In this document: positions 10,031 to 20,127 of the stretch, in pieces | Layout of the letters: the number at the start of each line of letters is the position of its first letter | How positions within the stretch are numbered: position 1 is the stretch's first letter | NCBI GenBank assembly: GCA_029210695.1 | Contig: JARGFH010000019.1 | Location: 1 to 62,655, forward strand | Direction: 5' to 3' | Source of the DNA: Acidimicrobiia bacterium | Lineage (GTDB): Bacteria; Actinomycetota; Acidimicrobiia; Spongiisociales; JAHEDJ01 | Length of the DNA: 62,655 bases | Notes under the pieces: generated by a model | What the model was told of the DNA's origin: nothing | Databases searched by the model: none | The model's input: only the letters and a program-made list of their open reading frames with translations | Made by a program: the position numbers and the translations under genes

Positions 10031-12400
10031 TCAGCTGCGTAGGTTCACTGCCGCTACGGCCGCGTTGACGATCTGATCGGGTAGTAATCCGAAGGACTCG
10101 TAGAGTTCGTCGATCGTCCCGGATTCGCCGAACCTGTCGACTCCAATCGGCATGACCCGTTGCCCGAAAACGGAGCCGATCCATGACATGGCGTGACTCG
10201 ATGCATCATGGATGGTGACGATCGGTAGGCGCCGCTCATTCTCCGGAATCAGGTTCTCCAGGTGAATCGTCGCGCTCGCAGGTTGCATTGACCGGACCGC
10301 ACTTGCCAGGTGGCGACGCCACTCATGAAACAGGCGGTCCAGGCTGGTGAGGTCGAGAACCGTGGCGATGATGCCTTCCTCCTCGAGCAGGTCGGCAGCG
10401 GCGAGGACCTCGGGCATGGTCGGCCCGCTGCCCGCCAGGACGACTCCGGCCGACCCGCCGGCGGACGGCTCCCGGAGCCGGTAGCCGCCGGCCAGCACGG
10501 CGGCGCGCAGATGTTCGGGGCCGTACCGGTCGACGGCCTCCTCAAACGGGGTCTGGTCGATCGGCCGGGTCGACAGACGGAGGTACAGGCTGGTGCCGTC
10601 GGGGTCTGCCAGACTCGAGATGCCGGCAGAGAGCTGCCAGTCGAGTGCCCGACCGTAGGTTGGTTCACAGTAGGTGATGCCGGGCAACTCCAGGCCTACG
10701 GAAGGAGTGATGCTCGACTGATGAGCGCCTCCTTCCGGGGCGAGGCTGACTCCCGATGGAGTGCCGGCGACGATGAACCGGCTGTCGTTGTACAGCGAAT
10801 ACACCAGACCGTCGAGCCCGCGCAATACGAACGGGTCGTAGACGGTGCCGATCGGAATCAGCATCTCGCCGTGATGGTCGTGAGCAAGACCGAGTTGACC
10901 GAGCAGCAGGAAGAGATTCATCTCGGAGATACCGAGTTCGATGTGGTGGCCCGATGGCCCCGGCTGCCAGCGGAGTAGCCGGCCGTCGCCGAAGTAGTCG
11001 GTGCGCTCGGTCGGAGAGAAGACGCCCATTTTGTTGATCCACCCGCCGAGGTTGGTGGACGTCGCCACGTCGGGTGAGACGGTGACGATCCGGCCGGCGA
11101 CCGCCGGATCATTCCCGAGTGCGACCAGCGCCCTGCCGAATTGCTCCTGGGTCGACGTTGGTCGACTTCCACTGTGCGATGAGATCTCGGAAGCAATCGG
11201 GACCACCGGTCTCGGAGGCGAGGGACGGTTGTTGATCTCGCCACCGACCGCGGCACACAACATGCCCTCCGGTGAGTCTGCGGGAAGACGGTCCCACTCC
11301 GTGTCCGGCGTCAGGCCGGCCGCATTGCGAAAGCGGTCTATTTGCGCGGGGGAGAGCAGCGCCGAGTGATTGAGCGGATCACCGGCAATCGGAAGTCCCC
11401 ATCCTTTCACGGTGTAGGCGAAAACAACGCTGGGCCGGTCGGTTTCGGCATCGCAGGTGCGATACGACCGGATGAGGGTGTTGAGGTCGTGGCCGCCGAG
11501 GTCGCCGATGAGCGTGGCGAGGTCCTGGTCGGCGACGTCGTCCAGGAACGTCTTCAGCTCAGCAGGGGCACTCGCCAGAAACCTCGATCGCAGGTCGGCG
11601 CCTTCGAACGCGAACAGGCTCTGGTACTCCTCATTCGACATGTCATCGATGTGCCGGCGGAGGCTTTCGCCGCCGGGCCTGGCAAAGGCGGCCTCGAGTC
11701 TGTTCCCGTACTTCGCCTCCACGACATGCCAGCCGGCGTCGCCGAAGAGCCGCTGGAGTCGGCCGGACTGGATGCCGGGGACGACCCGGTCGAGGCTCTG
11801 CCGGTTCAAGTCGATGATCAGCGTCACGTTGCCCAGGCCCTGCAGTGCGGGTTCCGAGATGGCCTCCCAGACGTTGCCCTCATCGAGTTCGGCGTCTCCC
11901 ACGGTGGCGATGAACCTTGCAGGCGGGCGCGACCCGAAGTGGTGGTCGACGTAGCGGCGGGCGGCCGCAGAAAAGAGAGGAGCGACGGCCCCGAGCCCAA
12001 CGGAGCCGGTCGAGAAATCCGCAACGTCCGGGTCTTTGGTCCGGGAAGGATACGCCTGGAGGCCGCCCAGGCGGCGGAGCCGGGTCAGGTAGGAGCGGTC
12101 GAGTTCGCCGGTCAAGTACTTGATGGCGTGGTAGACCGGCGAGGCATGCGGCTTGACGGCGACCTTGTCATCGCCTCCGATGTGGGCAAACCAGAGCGCG
12201 GTCATTATCGAAACCATCGAGGCCGACGACGCCTGGTGACCGCCCGTTTTGATGCCGCCTGCATCAGTTCGATTGGCATGGTCGACCATTCGGACGGCGA
12301 GCCAGAGAACTCGCTGTTCGATGGTTCTCAGCACGGCAAGATCGGGAGGGTGGCTCAGTCGGTCGGTGGCTGCCATCGTGGGCGCATTCTCGCGTTTCAC
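10031..12400 (-). CDS. AceE-like homodimeric TPP-dependent 2-oxoacid dehydrogenase E1
   Basis: GGHQASSAS, STGSVGLG, TPP motif GDAELDEG...N, GISEMN and EGGAHQS. Confidence 0.88.
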   Translation of the reverse strand: MKRENAPTMAATDRLSHPPDLAVLRTIEQRVLWLAVRMVDHANRTDAGGIKTGGHQASSASMVSIMTALWFAHIGGDDKVAVKPHASPVYHAIKYLTGELDRSYLTRLRRLGGLQAYPSRTKDPDVADFSTGSVGLGAVAPLFSAAARRYVDHHFGSRPPARFIATVGDAELDEGNVWEAISEPALQGLGNVTLIIDLNRQSLDRVVPGIQSGRLQRLFGDAGWHVVEAKYGNRLEAAFARPGGESLRRHIDDMSNEEYQSLFAFEGADLRSRFLASAPAELKTFLDDVADQDLATLIGDLGGHDLNTLIRSYRTCDAETDRPSVVFAYTVKGWGLPIAGDPLNHSALLSPAQIDRFRNAAGLTPDTEWDRLPADSPEGMLCAAVGGEINNRPSPPRPVVPIASEISSHSGSRPTSTQEQFGRALVALGNDPAVAGRIVTVSPDVATSTNLGGWINKMGVFSPTERTDYFGDGRLLRWQPGPSGHHIELGISEMNLFLLLGQLGLAHDHHGEMLIPIGTVYDPFVLRGLDGLVYSLYNDSRFIVAGTPSGVSLAPEGGAHQSSITPSVGLELPGITYCEPTYGRALDWQLSAGISSLADPDGTSLYLRLSTRPIDQTPFEEAVDRYGPEHLRAAVLAGGYRLREPSAGGSAGVVLAGSGPTMPEVLAAADLLEEEGIIATVLDLTSLDRLFHEWRRHLASAVRSMQPASATIHLENLIPENERRLPIVTIHDASSHAMSWIGSVFGQRVMPIGVDRFGESGTIDELYESFGLLPDQIVNAAVAAVNLRS

Positions 12401-12557
12401 GGGTCCGACTGCTGGATGGTCCCACTTCGGTAGGACCTAATCAGATCCGGGGGAGGCGGCGAACGGCCACGAAACGGCTTGCCAGGCCCGCGGTCGAGGT
12501 GATCGGATCAGACCCCGGCAGGCCAATCCGAGATTTCCGTTCAGTTCGGCTCGCCGG

Positions 12558-13631
12558 TTGCCGATATCTGAACTCGTGGATTCAAAGCGCAACACCGTGG
12601 CCCGATGGGGGATCTACGGTTTCCTGTTCGGAGCTCTCTTTCCTGCGATCGGGTGGACCGCGGCTACGCGGACCGGGGCGCAGACTCTTGCAGACGCTCA
12701 CGCCGCACAACCCGTTCTGTGGATCGTGGATCTCGCTCCCTTCGTACTCGCCATGGCCGGGTTCCTCATCGGAATCCAGCAAGCCAAGCTGGCGGCGGCC
12801 CTCAAAGCAACAGATCAAAAGGTGCACGACCGAACCCGGGAGTTGCGCGTCGCCAATGATCGACTCCAACACCTCATCCAGTCGAAGGACCAGTTCCTGG
12901 CAACGGTGAGCCACGAACTGCGTACGCCGCTGACCGTCGTCTGTGGATTTGCGCAGGAATTGCTCGACGACGAGGTGCGGATTTCCGGACTCGAAGCTAA
13001 GGAACTGATCGGCGTTATCGCCGACCAGAGCCATGAACTCAGCAACATCATCGAGGACCTCCTCGTGGCTGCTCGCGCCGACATCGGAGCGGTGTCCATT
13101 TCCAAGGTGGAAGTCGATGTCGCCGCCGAGGCGGAGATGGTCGTATCGGGTTGTGTCTGCACGAAGGACGAGCGCGCTTCCATCCGTCTGGACCTCGAGC
13201 CCGCCGTGGCGGAGATCGACCCCACCCGGCTACGCCAGATCGTCCGGAATCTATTGACGAATGCCATCCGTTACGGGGGGCCCGTGCGGTCGGTCGAGAC
13301 CCGGACCAGCGATGGGGTCGTGACCATCCGCGTTCGTGACAACGGGCGAGGGATCCCGGTTGAGGATCGCGAGCGAGTATTCGAGCCGTATCAGAGCACC
13401 GGAGCCGAACGCGGGGTGTCCGGTTCGGTTGGGCTCGGCCTCACGGTGTCACGCAAGCTCGCCACACTGATGGGCGGCGACCTGTCCTACACATACGATG
13501 ACGGAATCAGCACGTTCGTGTTGTCGTTCCCCGCACTGGAGTCGGGTCAGATCTCGGTGATCGAAGGAAACGAAGAGCCGTCCATCCAGTCCCGGAGTGC
13601 CTTCGTCGCTCGCACATCGTCCTCGTTGTAG
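12558..13631 (+). CDS. Membrane sensor histidine kinase
   Basis: Two TM helices, H-box SHELRTPL, N-box NLLTNAIRYG, G1 DNGRG and G2 GLGL. True start may be GTG 12576. Confidence 0.92.
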   Translation: MPISELVDSKRNTVARWGIYGFLFGALFPAIGWTAATRTGAQTLADAHAAQPVLWIVDLAPFVLAMAGFLIGIQQAKLAAALKATDQKVHDRTRELRVANDRLQHLIQSKDQFLATVSHELRTPLTVVCGFAQELLDDEVRISGLEAKELIGVIADQSHELSNIIEDLLVAARADIGAVSISKVEVDVAAEAEMVVSGCVCTKDERASIRLDLEPAVAEIDPTRLRQIVRNLLTNAIRYGGPVRSVETRTSDGVVTIRVRDNGRGIPVEDRERVFEPYQSTGAERGVSGSVGLGLTVSRKLATLMGGDLSYTYDDGISTFVLSFPALESGQISVIEGNEEPSIQSRSAFVARTSSSL

Positions 13632-15412
13632 GCGAGAACCCGCTCCCGCGCGGCGGCGTCGCCGGCCACTGCCTGCTGGTACCAGACCATGGAGTTCCCG
13701 CCTCCCGGCTGTGCGTCCCTCCAGGCGAATCCGGCGAGGGCGGCCACCGTCTTCAAGCCTCCACTTTCGCCGGTAATGAGTTGCGACTCGAACTCCTTTC
13801 GCATATCGACCCAGCGCCCTGATTGGATGAAGGCTTCGACGGATTCGGCCGTTGCGGTGTCGTCGCCGGCGATGCCTCTCCGCATGTGGCGCTCCTCCGC
13901 CTGGCTCGAGTAGCAGTAGACGGCAACAGTTCCTCCGGCCGACTCGGTGGATTCGATCAACGTGGTGATCCAACTCCAGAAACGGTGGAACACTTCCTGC
14001 CGGGCGGTGCCATCGGAATCCATCGGATCCCACCGAACAAATGGGTGGTAGATGGTCCCCGACCTATCGGTAACGAGCGCCCCCCAGAGGTAGGCCTGCT
14101 CATCGATGGTGTTCTCCATGTCTATGTCGATTTCGACATCGGCGCGTGGCACGCTGACCCGGTCGATGTCGCGCTTTCGGTAGGCCGTCTCGGTGCCTAT
14201 TCGGGCCCGGGCCATCTCGATGTGAGCCGGCAAGGTTCGTAGCGACGAACCTGCGCGGGCCGTTGCGACCTCCACCGTATGTGCGTCGAGCCGAGCGGCA
14301 TCTCCGGCCGTGGTGAATCCGGCTTCGGAGAGCACCCTGATCTGTTTGGCCCGTCGCCTGCCGATCACGTCGGCCACCGGCGTGGCAGGCTCTGCGACGG
14401 CGGCTCCCTCGAGGTAGGTGGCGACGTCGACGCCCTGACGGATCAGGTCGGCCGTCTGCCAGTCGAGTTGGGCCAGTTGCTCGGTAGTTGTGATTCCGCC
14501 GAGATGAAGGTCGCGCCACTGTGGCCATCCGATGCGAGGGAGAAGGCTGACATCGTCGGAATCCTCGAGAACCGGCCGGCATACCTCCCACCATTCGCAG
14601 GTGCCGCAGTCGGTGATCTTGACAGGCACCACCAACGGCTCGATCGTGGCGTCGATGCCGCGTTTCTGCGCGATGGCGATGATGTCGAGTCGGAAGTCGA
14701 ACTCGAAGTCGTACCGTTCGAGAGTGGTGCGAATCCGACCGCCCGATCGCCACATCGGTTCGTGGAAGTCGTACCAGACCACCACAAGCTCTTTGCCGAT
14801 GATGCCACCGGCCGGACGCGGCGAAGCGTGGGCGCAAGCTTCGAGCATCCGGTGGTAGTGGGCGAGTTGTAGTGCGTCTCCTTCGTGTGGGCGGATTGTG
14901 GAGCCGGCCGGATTGGCGGCCGATGCGAGGGCCGGGGAAGACAGCGGGCTCGTCCGGGCTCCAGCGGCCCGGTCTTCGGCTGCGAGCGTCAGGTGATGCT
15001 TCACGTCGATCGGGTGGTAGGTCCACCGACCGTCGACGGCTTCGTCGCGTACCAGCAAATCCGGTTCACCGACCCGCCGGCCGGCGGCGTCCGCTGGCAG
15101 CCTCCCGCCCACAATGAGCATGACCCCACCGTCCATCGCGGCTTTGGTTCTTGCCTCGCGGTCGGCCCTGGAGGAGTCCCTATCGACGATCGTCGCCTCC
15201 GGGTGGAGTTTGCTCAGTTCGGCGAAGATCTGTACTTCGAACTCGATACCGCGGTCCATTCGCAACTGCACGTCATCAGGCCGCTCGATGAGTACGACGT
15301 CGATGGTCGGGTCGTTGGCGAGGTGGGCGACCACGGGGCATTGCTTGGCGATGTACCCGCCCTGAGGTGGGACGGTGCTGATGTCATGGCGGGTCGGCAC
15401 GATCTCGAGCAT
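13547..15412 (-). CDS. TM0106-family RecB-like nuclease with C-terminal RNase H-like domain
   Basis: GEPDLL...IDVK PD-(D/E)xK core, QLAHY, CGTCEW..C, DIDME, GLKTVA...GFAW and YNEDDVRAT. Confidence 0.88.
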   Translation of the reverse strand: MLEIVPTRHDISTVPPQGGYIAKQCPVVAHLANDPTIDVVLIERPDDVQLRMDRGIEFEVQIFAELSKLHPEATIVDRDSSRADREARTKAAMDGGVMLIVGGRLPADAAGRRVGEPDLLVRDEAVDGRWTYHPIDVKHHLTLAAEDRAAGARTSPLSSPALASAANPAGSTIRPHEGDALQLAHYHRMLEACAHASPRPAGGIIGKELVVVWYDFHEPMWRSGGRIRTTLERYDFEFDFRLDIIAIAQKRGIDATIEPLVVPVKITDCGTCEWWEVCRPVLEDSDDVSLLPRIGWPQWRDLHLGGITTTEQLAQLDWQTADLIRQGVDVATYLEGAAVAEPATPVADVIGRRRAKQIRVLSEAGFTTAGDAARLDAHTVEVATARAGSSLRTLPAHIEMARARIGTETAYRKRDIDRVSVPRADVEIDIDMENTIDEQAYLWGALVTDRSGTIYHPFVRWDPMDSDGTARQEVFHRFWSWITTLIESTESAGGTVAVYCYSSQAEERHMRRGIAGDDTATAESVEAFIQSGRWVDMRKEFESQLITGESGGLKTVAALAGFAWRDAQPGGGNSMVWYQQAVAGDAAARERVLAYNEDDVRATKALRDWMDGSSFPSITEI

Positions 15413-15436
15413 AGGGCGGGAGGTAGCCTGGATCCC

Positions 15437-17509
15437 GTGTCTACTGCGCGAGATCCACGCTACGACGTCTTGTTCGAACCGGTCGCCATCGGACCTGTCA
15501 CGGCACGCAACCGATTCTTCCAGGTGCCGCACTGCAACGGTATGGGATATCGAGACCCGAATGCCCTGGCGGCCATGCGGGGCGTCAAGGCAGAAGGAGG
15601 ATGGGCGGTCGTCTCGACCGAGGAAGTAGAGATCCATCCCTCGTCTGAGACGACCCCCTATGTCGAGGGCCGGATCTGGGACGACGCCGACCTCCCTGCT
15701 CACTCGCTGGTCGTGTCGAAGATCCACGCGCACGGATCGCTGGCCGCTATCGAACTGGTTCACAACGGGATGTCTGCTCCCAACTTCTACACGAGGGTCC
15801 CGCCGATGGGACCCGATCACTTGCCTCTATCCGGCAGCCACTTTGAACCGGTGCAGGCACGGCGAATGACCAGGGACGACATCAATGAGTTGCGTGGCTG
15901 GCATCGAGCGGCCGTGCGGCGGTCTGTGCAGGCCGGCTACGACATCGTCTACGTCTATGCCGGGCACAGTCTGAGCACCCTGCAGTTCTTTCTCTCGCCT
16001 CGCTACAACCACCGGACCGACGAGTACGGCGGGTCGCTCGAAAACCGGGTCCGGCTACTGCGGGAGGTCCTCGAGGACACACTCGAAGAGGTGGATGGCC
16101 GGGCCGGCGTGGCCTGCCGGATCGCCGTTGATGAACTGCTCGGCACCGAAGGCATAGATCGAGACGACATCGAGGGCGTCCTCGGACTAGTGGGGGAACT
16201 GCCCGATGTGTGGGACTTCATGGTTGGCACCTGGCCGGACGACTCGGTGACGTCGCGCTTCGGGCCGGAGGCCGGGCAGGAGGAGTATGTGCTGGGGTTG
16301 CGGCAACTCACCACCAAGCCGGTAGTAGGGGTGGGCCGATTCACTTCACCTGACACGATGGTGCGCATGATTCGCCAGGGCGTGCTGGACTTCGTCGGGG
16401 CCGCCCGTCCCTCAATCGCCGACCCGTTCCTGCCGAACAAGATCGCCGAAGGGCGTCTCGACGAGATCAGGGAATGCATCGGCTGCAACATCTGTGTGAC
16501 CGGCGATTGGACCATGGCGCCTATTCGCTGCACTCAGAACCCGGCGATGGGAGAAGAGTGGCGCCGCGGCTGGCATCCCGAGACCTTTCGGAAGACCCCC
16601 GAACCGGAGCGGGTCCTCGTGGTTGGGGCAGGTCCGGCCGGTCTGGAAGCGGCCATGGCAGCGGGCAAGCGGGGCTATGAAGTCGTTCTCGTTGAAGCCG
16701 GCCGTCAACTCGGCGGCCGGGTTGCCCGTGAAGCAAGTCTCCCGGGTCTGGCTACCTGGAGGCGGGTCGTGGACTACCGGCAAGGACAGATCGACCGGCT
16801 TCCGAACGTCGAGTACTACTTCGAGAGCCCGATGACGACAGATGAGATCCTCGACTACGGCTTCCGCCACGTTGCGGTAGCGACTGGTTCGACCTGGCGA
16901 CGGGATGGGGTCGGGCATCGGCACACCAGCCCGATGGTGATCGACCCATCAATGGAGATACTGACTCCAGATGACGTCCTGTCCGGGTCTCGCCCACTCG
17001 GGCGGCGGATCGTGCTTTTCGACGACGAGCACTACTACATGGGCGGTGTGCTGGCGGAATTGCTGAGAGGCGAAGGCTTCGAAGTGACCCTGATAGCCCA
17101 AACCGCCGAAATCTCTGATTTCACCCGTAACACCATGGAGCAGCACCGGATCCAGCGGCTTCTGCTGGAAATGGGTTGCCACCTTCTGACTCGTCGGACG
17201 GTCGAGCGAGTCGAGGAGGGGGCGGTCTCGACCAGGTGCGTGTTCACCGGCCGTGAATCGGTCGTGGAGTGTGATGCGGTGCTTCTGGTGACCGCCCGGC
17301 TGCCAAACGAGCAACTGGCGATCAAATGTGAAGACCGCAAACAGGAGTGGGAGCAGGCGGGACTCCACACGGTACGTGCTATCGGCGACGCGCTGGCGCC
17401 GGGAACGATCGCGGCGGCGGTGTGGGACGGCCGGCGATTCGCGCAGGAACTCGACGGCGCCGATGAGGGCGCCCTGTATCGCCGCAATGTGCCCGGCCTC
17501 GTGGTCTGA
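15437..17509 (+). CDS. Histamine/trimethylamine dehydrogenase-like iron-sulfur flavoprotein
   Basis: RNRFFQVPHCNGMG (Cys for covalent FMN in this family), RTDEYGGSLENR, CIGCNIC...C 4Fe-4S motif and GAGPAG nucleotide-binding motif. GTG 15437 preceded by a TAGCCT -10. Confidence 0.9.
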   Translation: MSTARDPRYDVLFEPVAIGPVTARNRFFQVPHCNGMGYRDPNALAAMRGVKAEGGWAVVSTEEVEIHPSSETTPYVEGRIWDDADLPAHSLVVSKIHAHGSLAAIELVHNGMSAPNFYTRVPPMGPDHLPLSGSHFEPVQARRMTRDDINELRGWHRAAVRRSVQAGYDIVYVYAGHSLSTLQFFLSPRYNHRTDEYGGSLENRVRLLREVLEDTLEEVDGRAGVACRIAVDELLGTEGIDRDDIEGVLGLVGELPDVWDFMVGTWPDDSVTSRFGPEAGQEEYVLGLRQLTTKPVVGVGRFTSPDTMVRMIRQGVLDFVGAARPSIADPFLPNKIAEGRLDEIRECIGCNICVTGDWTMAPIRCTQNPAMGEEWRRGWHPETFRKTPEPERVLVVGAGPAGLEAAMAAGKRGYEVVLVEAGRQLGGRVAREASLPGLATWRRVVDYRQGQIDRLPNVEYYFESPMTTDEILDYGFRHVAVATGSTWRRDGVGHRHTSPMVIDPSMEILTPDDVLSGSRPLGRRIVLFDDEHYYMGGVLAELLRGEGFEVTLIAQTAEISDFTRNTMEQHRIQRLLLEMGCHLLTRRTVERVEEGAVSTRCVFTGRESVVECDAVLLVTARLPNEQLAIKCEDRKQEWEQAGLHTVRAIGDALAPGTIAAAVWDGRRFAQELDGADEGALYRRNVPGLVV

Positions 17510-17578
17510 GGCGGCTCCAGACCCACCGGAGTCAACGGCTTTCGGTAGCGTGAGGGGAGCCTCCGCCGCGGAGCCGCT

Positions 17579-18472
17579 ATGAGGATTCATTCGTACAACC
17601 ATGTCGCGGACTACGACCGGGTCGGCCGGTTCCTGGTCGACATCTATCGGCCCGAAGTGTTGCGCGCCTGGCTGCAGCCGCGCTGGGAATACATGCATTT
17701 TCATCCGATGTCGGAGGGATTGCCGTTCGATCGATGCGGGTTGGCTGAGGAGGGGGGCCGCGTCATCGGATTCATCCATTTCGAAGACAACCCTGCGTTC
17801 AATTACCTACAGATTCGACCCGGACATGAATCTGTGGCATCTGAGTTGCTCGATTGGGCCGACGTTCACCTCGGTGGAGAATCCAGATCGTTCGGACGAG
17901 AGGTGCTCGGGGTCTTTGTCGACGACTCCGACCCGGGCTTGGAGGAACTCGTGGTCCGGCGCGGGTTTGAGTGCTCTGATCGGATATCCGAGGAGCATGC
18001 ACGGTTGGAGATCGGGGTGCCGCTTCCGGAGGCCCCGTTGCCCGACGGGTTCCGGCTGCAGTCTCTCGAAGACGACAACGATCTCCACAAGATCAACCGT
18101 GTCCTGTGGCGCGGGTTCAATCATGAGGGGCCGCCTGAGAAGGAGGCGGTGGCCGGGCGGGAGCTGGCGCAGCGGGCACCCAGCTTTCGCAAAGATCTCA
18201 CCATCGTCGTCTCGGCCCCCAACGGTGACTACGCGACTTTCGCCGGGATGTGGCTGGTGGCTGCCAACCGGGTGGCCTACGTGGAACCTGTGGCAACGGA
18301 TCCGACCTACCGCCGTCTCGGGCTCGGTCGGGCGGCCGTGGTTGAATCGATTAGGCGGGCGGCTGAGGATGGCGCCGAGGTCGTGTGGGTCGGGTCGGGC
18401 CTGCATTTCTACCAGTCGATGGGATTCGCGATTCGGGCAAGGTCGAGGTTGTGGGTCAAATCGCTGGATTGA
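17579..18472 (+). CDS. Tandem GNAT N-acetyltransferase
   Basis: EPVATDPTYRRLGLGRA acetyl-CoA motif A and FYQSMGF motif B. Confidence 0.88.
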   Translation: MRIHSYNHVADYDRVGRFLVDIYRPEVLRAWLQPRWEYMHFHPMSEGLPFDRCGLAEEGGRVIGFIHFEDNPAFNYLQIRPGHESVASELLDWADVHLGGESRSFGREVLGVFVDDSDPGLEELVVRRGFECSDRISEEHARLEIGVPLPEAPLPDGFRLQSLEDDNDLHKINRVLWRGFNHEGPPEKEAVAGRELAQRAPSFRKDLTIVVSAPNGDYATFAGMWLVAANRVAYVEPVATDPTYRRLGLGRAAVVESIRRAAEDGAEVVWVGSGLHFYQSMGFAIRARSRLWVKSLD

Positions 18473-18559
18473 GCACGCCCATTGGGATGCTGAGCCGTTC
18501 GGCCAACAGAATCCTGGTTGCGGCGAGAGCCGGGACGACCAGCTCGCTAGTGTCGCAGC

Positions 18560-20116
18560 ATGTCTGTCGGATCGTTCGTCCTCGCTATCGATCTCGGGAC
18601 CTCAGGCCCGAAAGTGGGGCTCGTTTCGACGTCGGGGGAGGTGGTGGAGTGGGGCTTCGAGCCGGTGCCCGTCGTCTTGCCTCCTGACGGTGGCGCCGAG
18701 CAGGATCCCGAGGCCTGGTGGCAGGCGGTGGCGGCCACAACCAGGCGGGTGATAGAGCGCGGGTCCGTCGACGTTGCCGGCATCGTGGCCGTTGGCGTCA
18801 CCGCCCAGTGGTCCGGGACGGTCCCGGTGGCCGGATCCCGCCACCTGAGCAATGCCCTCATCTGGATGGACTCCCGTGGCGCTTCCGAGATGCCCGCCCT
18901 CAACGGTGGACCCGTGGCGATCTCCGGGTATGCCGTCTCCAAGCTGATCCGGTGGATTCGGCGGACGGGCGGTGCTCCGGGGCATTCCGGAAAGGATCCG
19001 ATCGCCCACATCCTGTATCTGAAACACCATCGTCCGGAGTTGTACGCCGAAGCGACGATGTTCCTCGAACCGAAGGACTACCTGAATCTGCGGCTGACCG
19101 GTATGGCGGCAGCCGGTTACGACTCGATCACCTTGCACTGGGTCACCGACAACCGGGACCTCGATCGGGTCCACTACGACCCTGACCTCGTCAAGCTCTC
19201 CGGCATCGATCCTGCCAAGTTGCCGCCGCTCCGACCTCCCGACGACGTGCTCGCCCCGCTCTCAGATGAGGCAGCCGGTGAACTGGGCCTGCCCGCCGGA
19301 ATCCCGGTTGTGATGGGCACGCCGGACACCATGTCGGCCGCCATCGGCGCCGGGGCAGTACGCGACTTCCAGGGTCATCTGTATCTCGGAACCTCATCTT
19401 GGATCAGCTGTCACGTGCCGTTCAAGAAGACCGACCTGTTCCATGGAATCGGGGCACTTCCTTCCGCCATTCCAGGCCGTTACTTCGCAGCCAACGAGCA
19501 GGAGAGTGCCGGAGCTTGTCTCACCTATCTGGTGGAGAATCTCGGCCTGCACGGCGATGGCGGTGCCGGCAACGTATACCAGGGCCTCGACCGGGCGGCC
19601 GAGCGGGTCCCGGCCGGCAACAGCGGCGTGATCTTCACTCCGTGGCTGAACGGGGAGCGAAGCCCGGTCGATGATCACCATCTGCGGGCGGGTTTCTTCA
19701 ACCAATCGCTCGACACGACCAGAGACGACCTGATCCGGGCCGTCTTCGAGGGTGTTGCCTTCAATTCGCGCTGGCTGTTCGGATACGTCGAGAAGTTCGC
19801 AGGCCGCCCGATGGACGAGTTGCGGGCGGTCGGCGGTGGCGCCAATTCGGCAGTGTGGTGTCAGATCCACGCGGATGTGCTGGGCCGCCCGGTCCTCCAG
19901 GTGAAGGAGCCGATCCTCGCCGGGCTACGCGGGGTTGCCTTCCTCGCAGCTGCCGCGCTCGGCCGTATGGACTACAACGAGATACCAGAGCTCGTCGAGA
20001 TCGCCGCCACCTACGAACCCGACCCGGGGAACCGGCAGGTCTACGACCGTCTTTACCGTGAGTATCTCAAGTTGCACAAAGCCAACCGCAAGATCTATGC
20101 CCGGCTCAACGGGTAG
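18560..20116 (+). CDS. FGGY-family carbohydrate kinase (xylulokinase-like)
   Basis: [48 protein letters not shown] and GGGA motifs. Confidence 0.92.
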   Translation: MSVGSFVLAIDLGTSGPKVGLVSTSGEVVEWGFEPVPVVLPPDGGAEQDPEAWWQAVAATTRRVIERGSVDVAGIVAVGVTAQWSGTVPVAGSRHLSNALIWMDSRGASEMPALNGGPVAISGYAVSKLIRWIRRTGGAPGHSGKDPIAHILYLKHHRPELYAEATMFLEPKDYLNLRLTGMAAAGYDSITLHWVTDNRDLDRVHYDPDLVKLSGIDPAKLPPLRPPDDVLAPLSDEAAGELGLPAGIPVVMGTPDTMSAAIGAGAVRDFQGHLYLGTSSWISCHVPFKKTDLFHGIGALPSAIPGRYFAANEQESAGACLTYLVENLGLHGDGGAGNVYQGLDRAAERVPAGNSGVIFTPWLNGERSPVDDHHLRAGFFNQSLDTTRDDLIRAVFEGVAFNSRWLFGYVEKFAGRPMDELRAVGGGANSAVWCQIHADVLGRPVLQVKEPILAGLRGVAFLAAAALGRMDYNEIPELVEIAATYEPDPGNRQVYDRLYREYLKLHKANRKIYARLNG

Positions 20117-20127
20117 GCGAGGAAGTC

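Noticed and set aside
14885..15820. Long N-terminal extensions making the nuclease and dehydrogenase overlap head-to-head by about 900 bp
   Set aside because: Each extension is the antisense shadow of the other gene. Family motifs begin at 15437 and near 15412.
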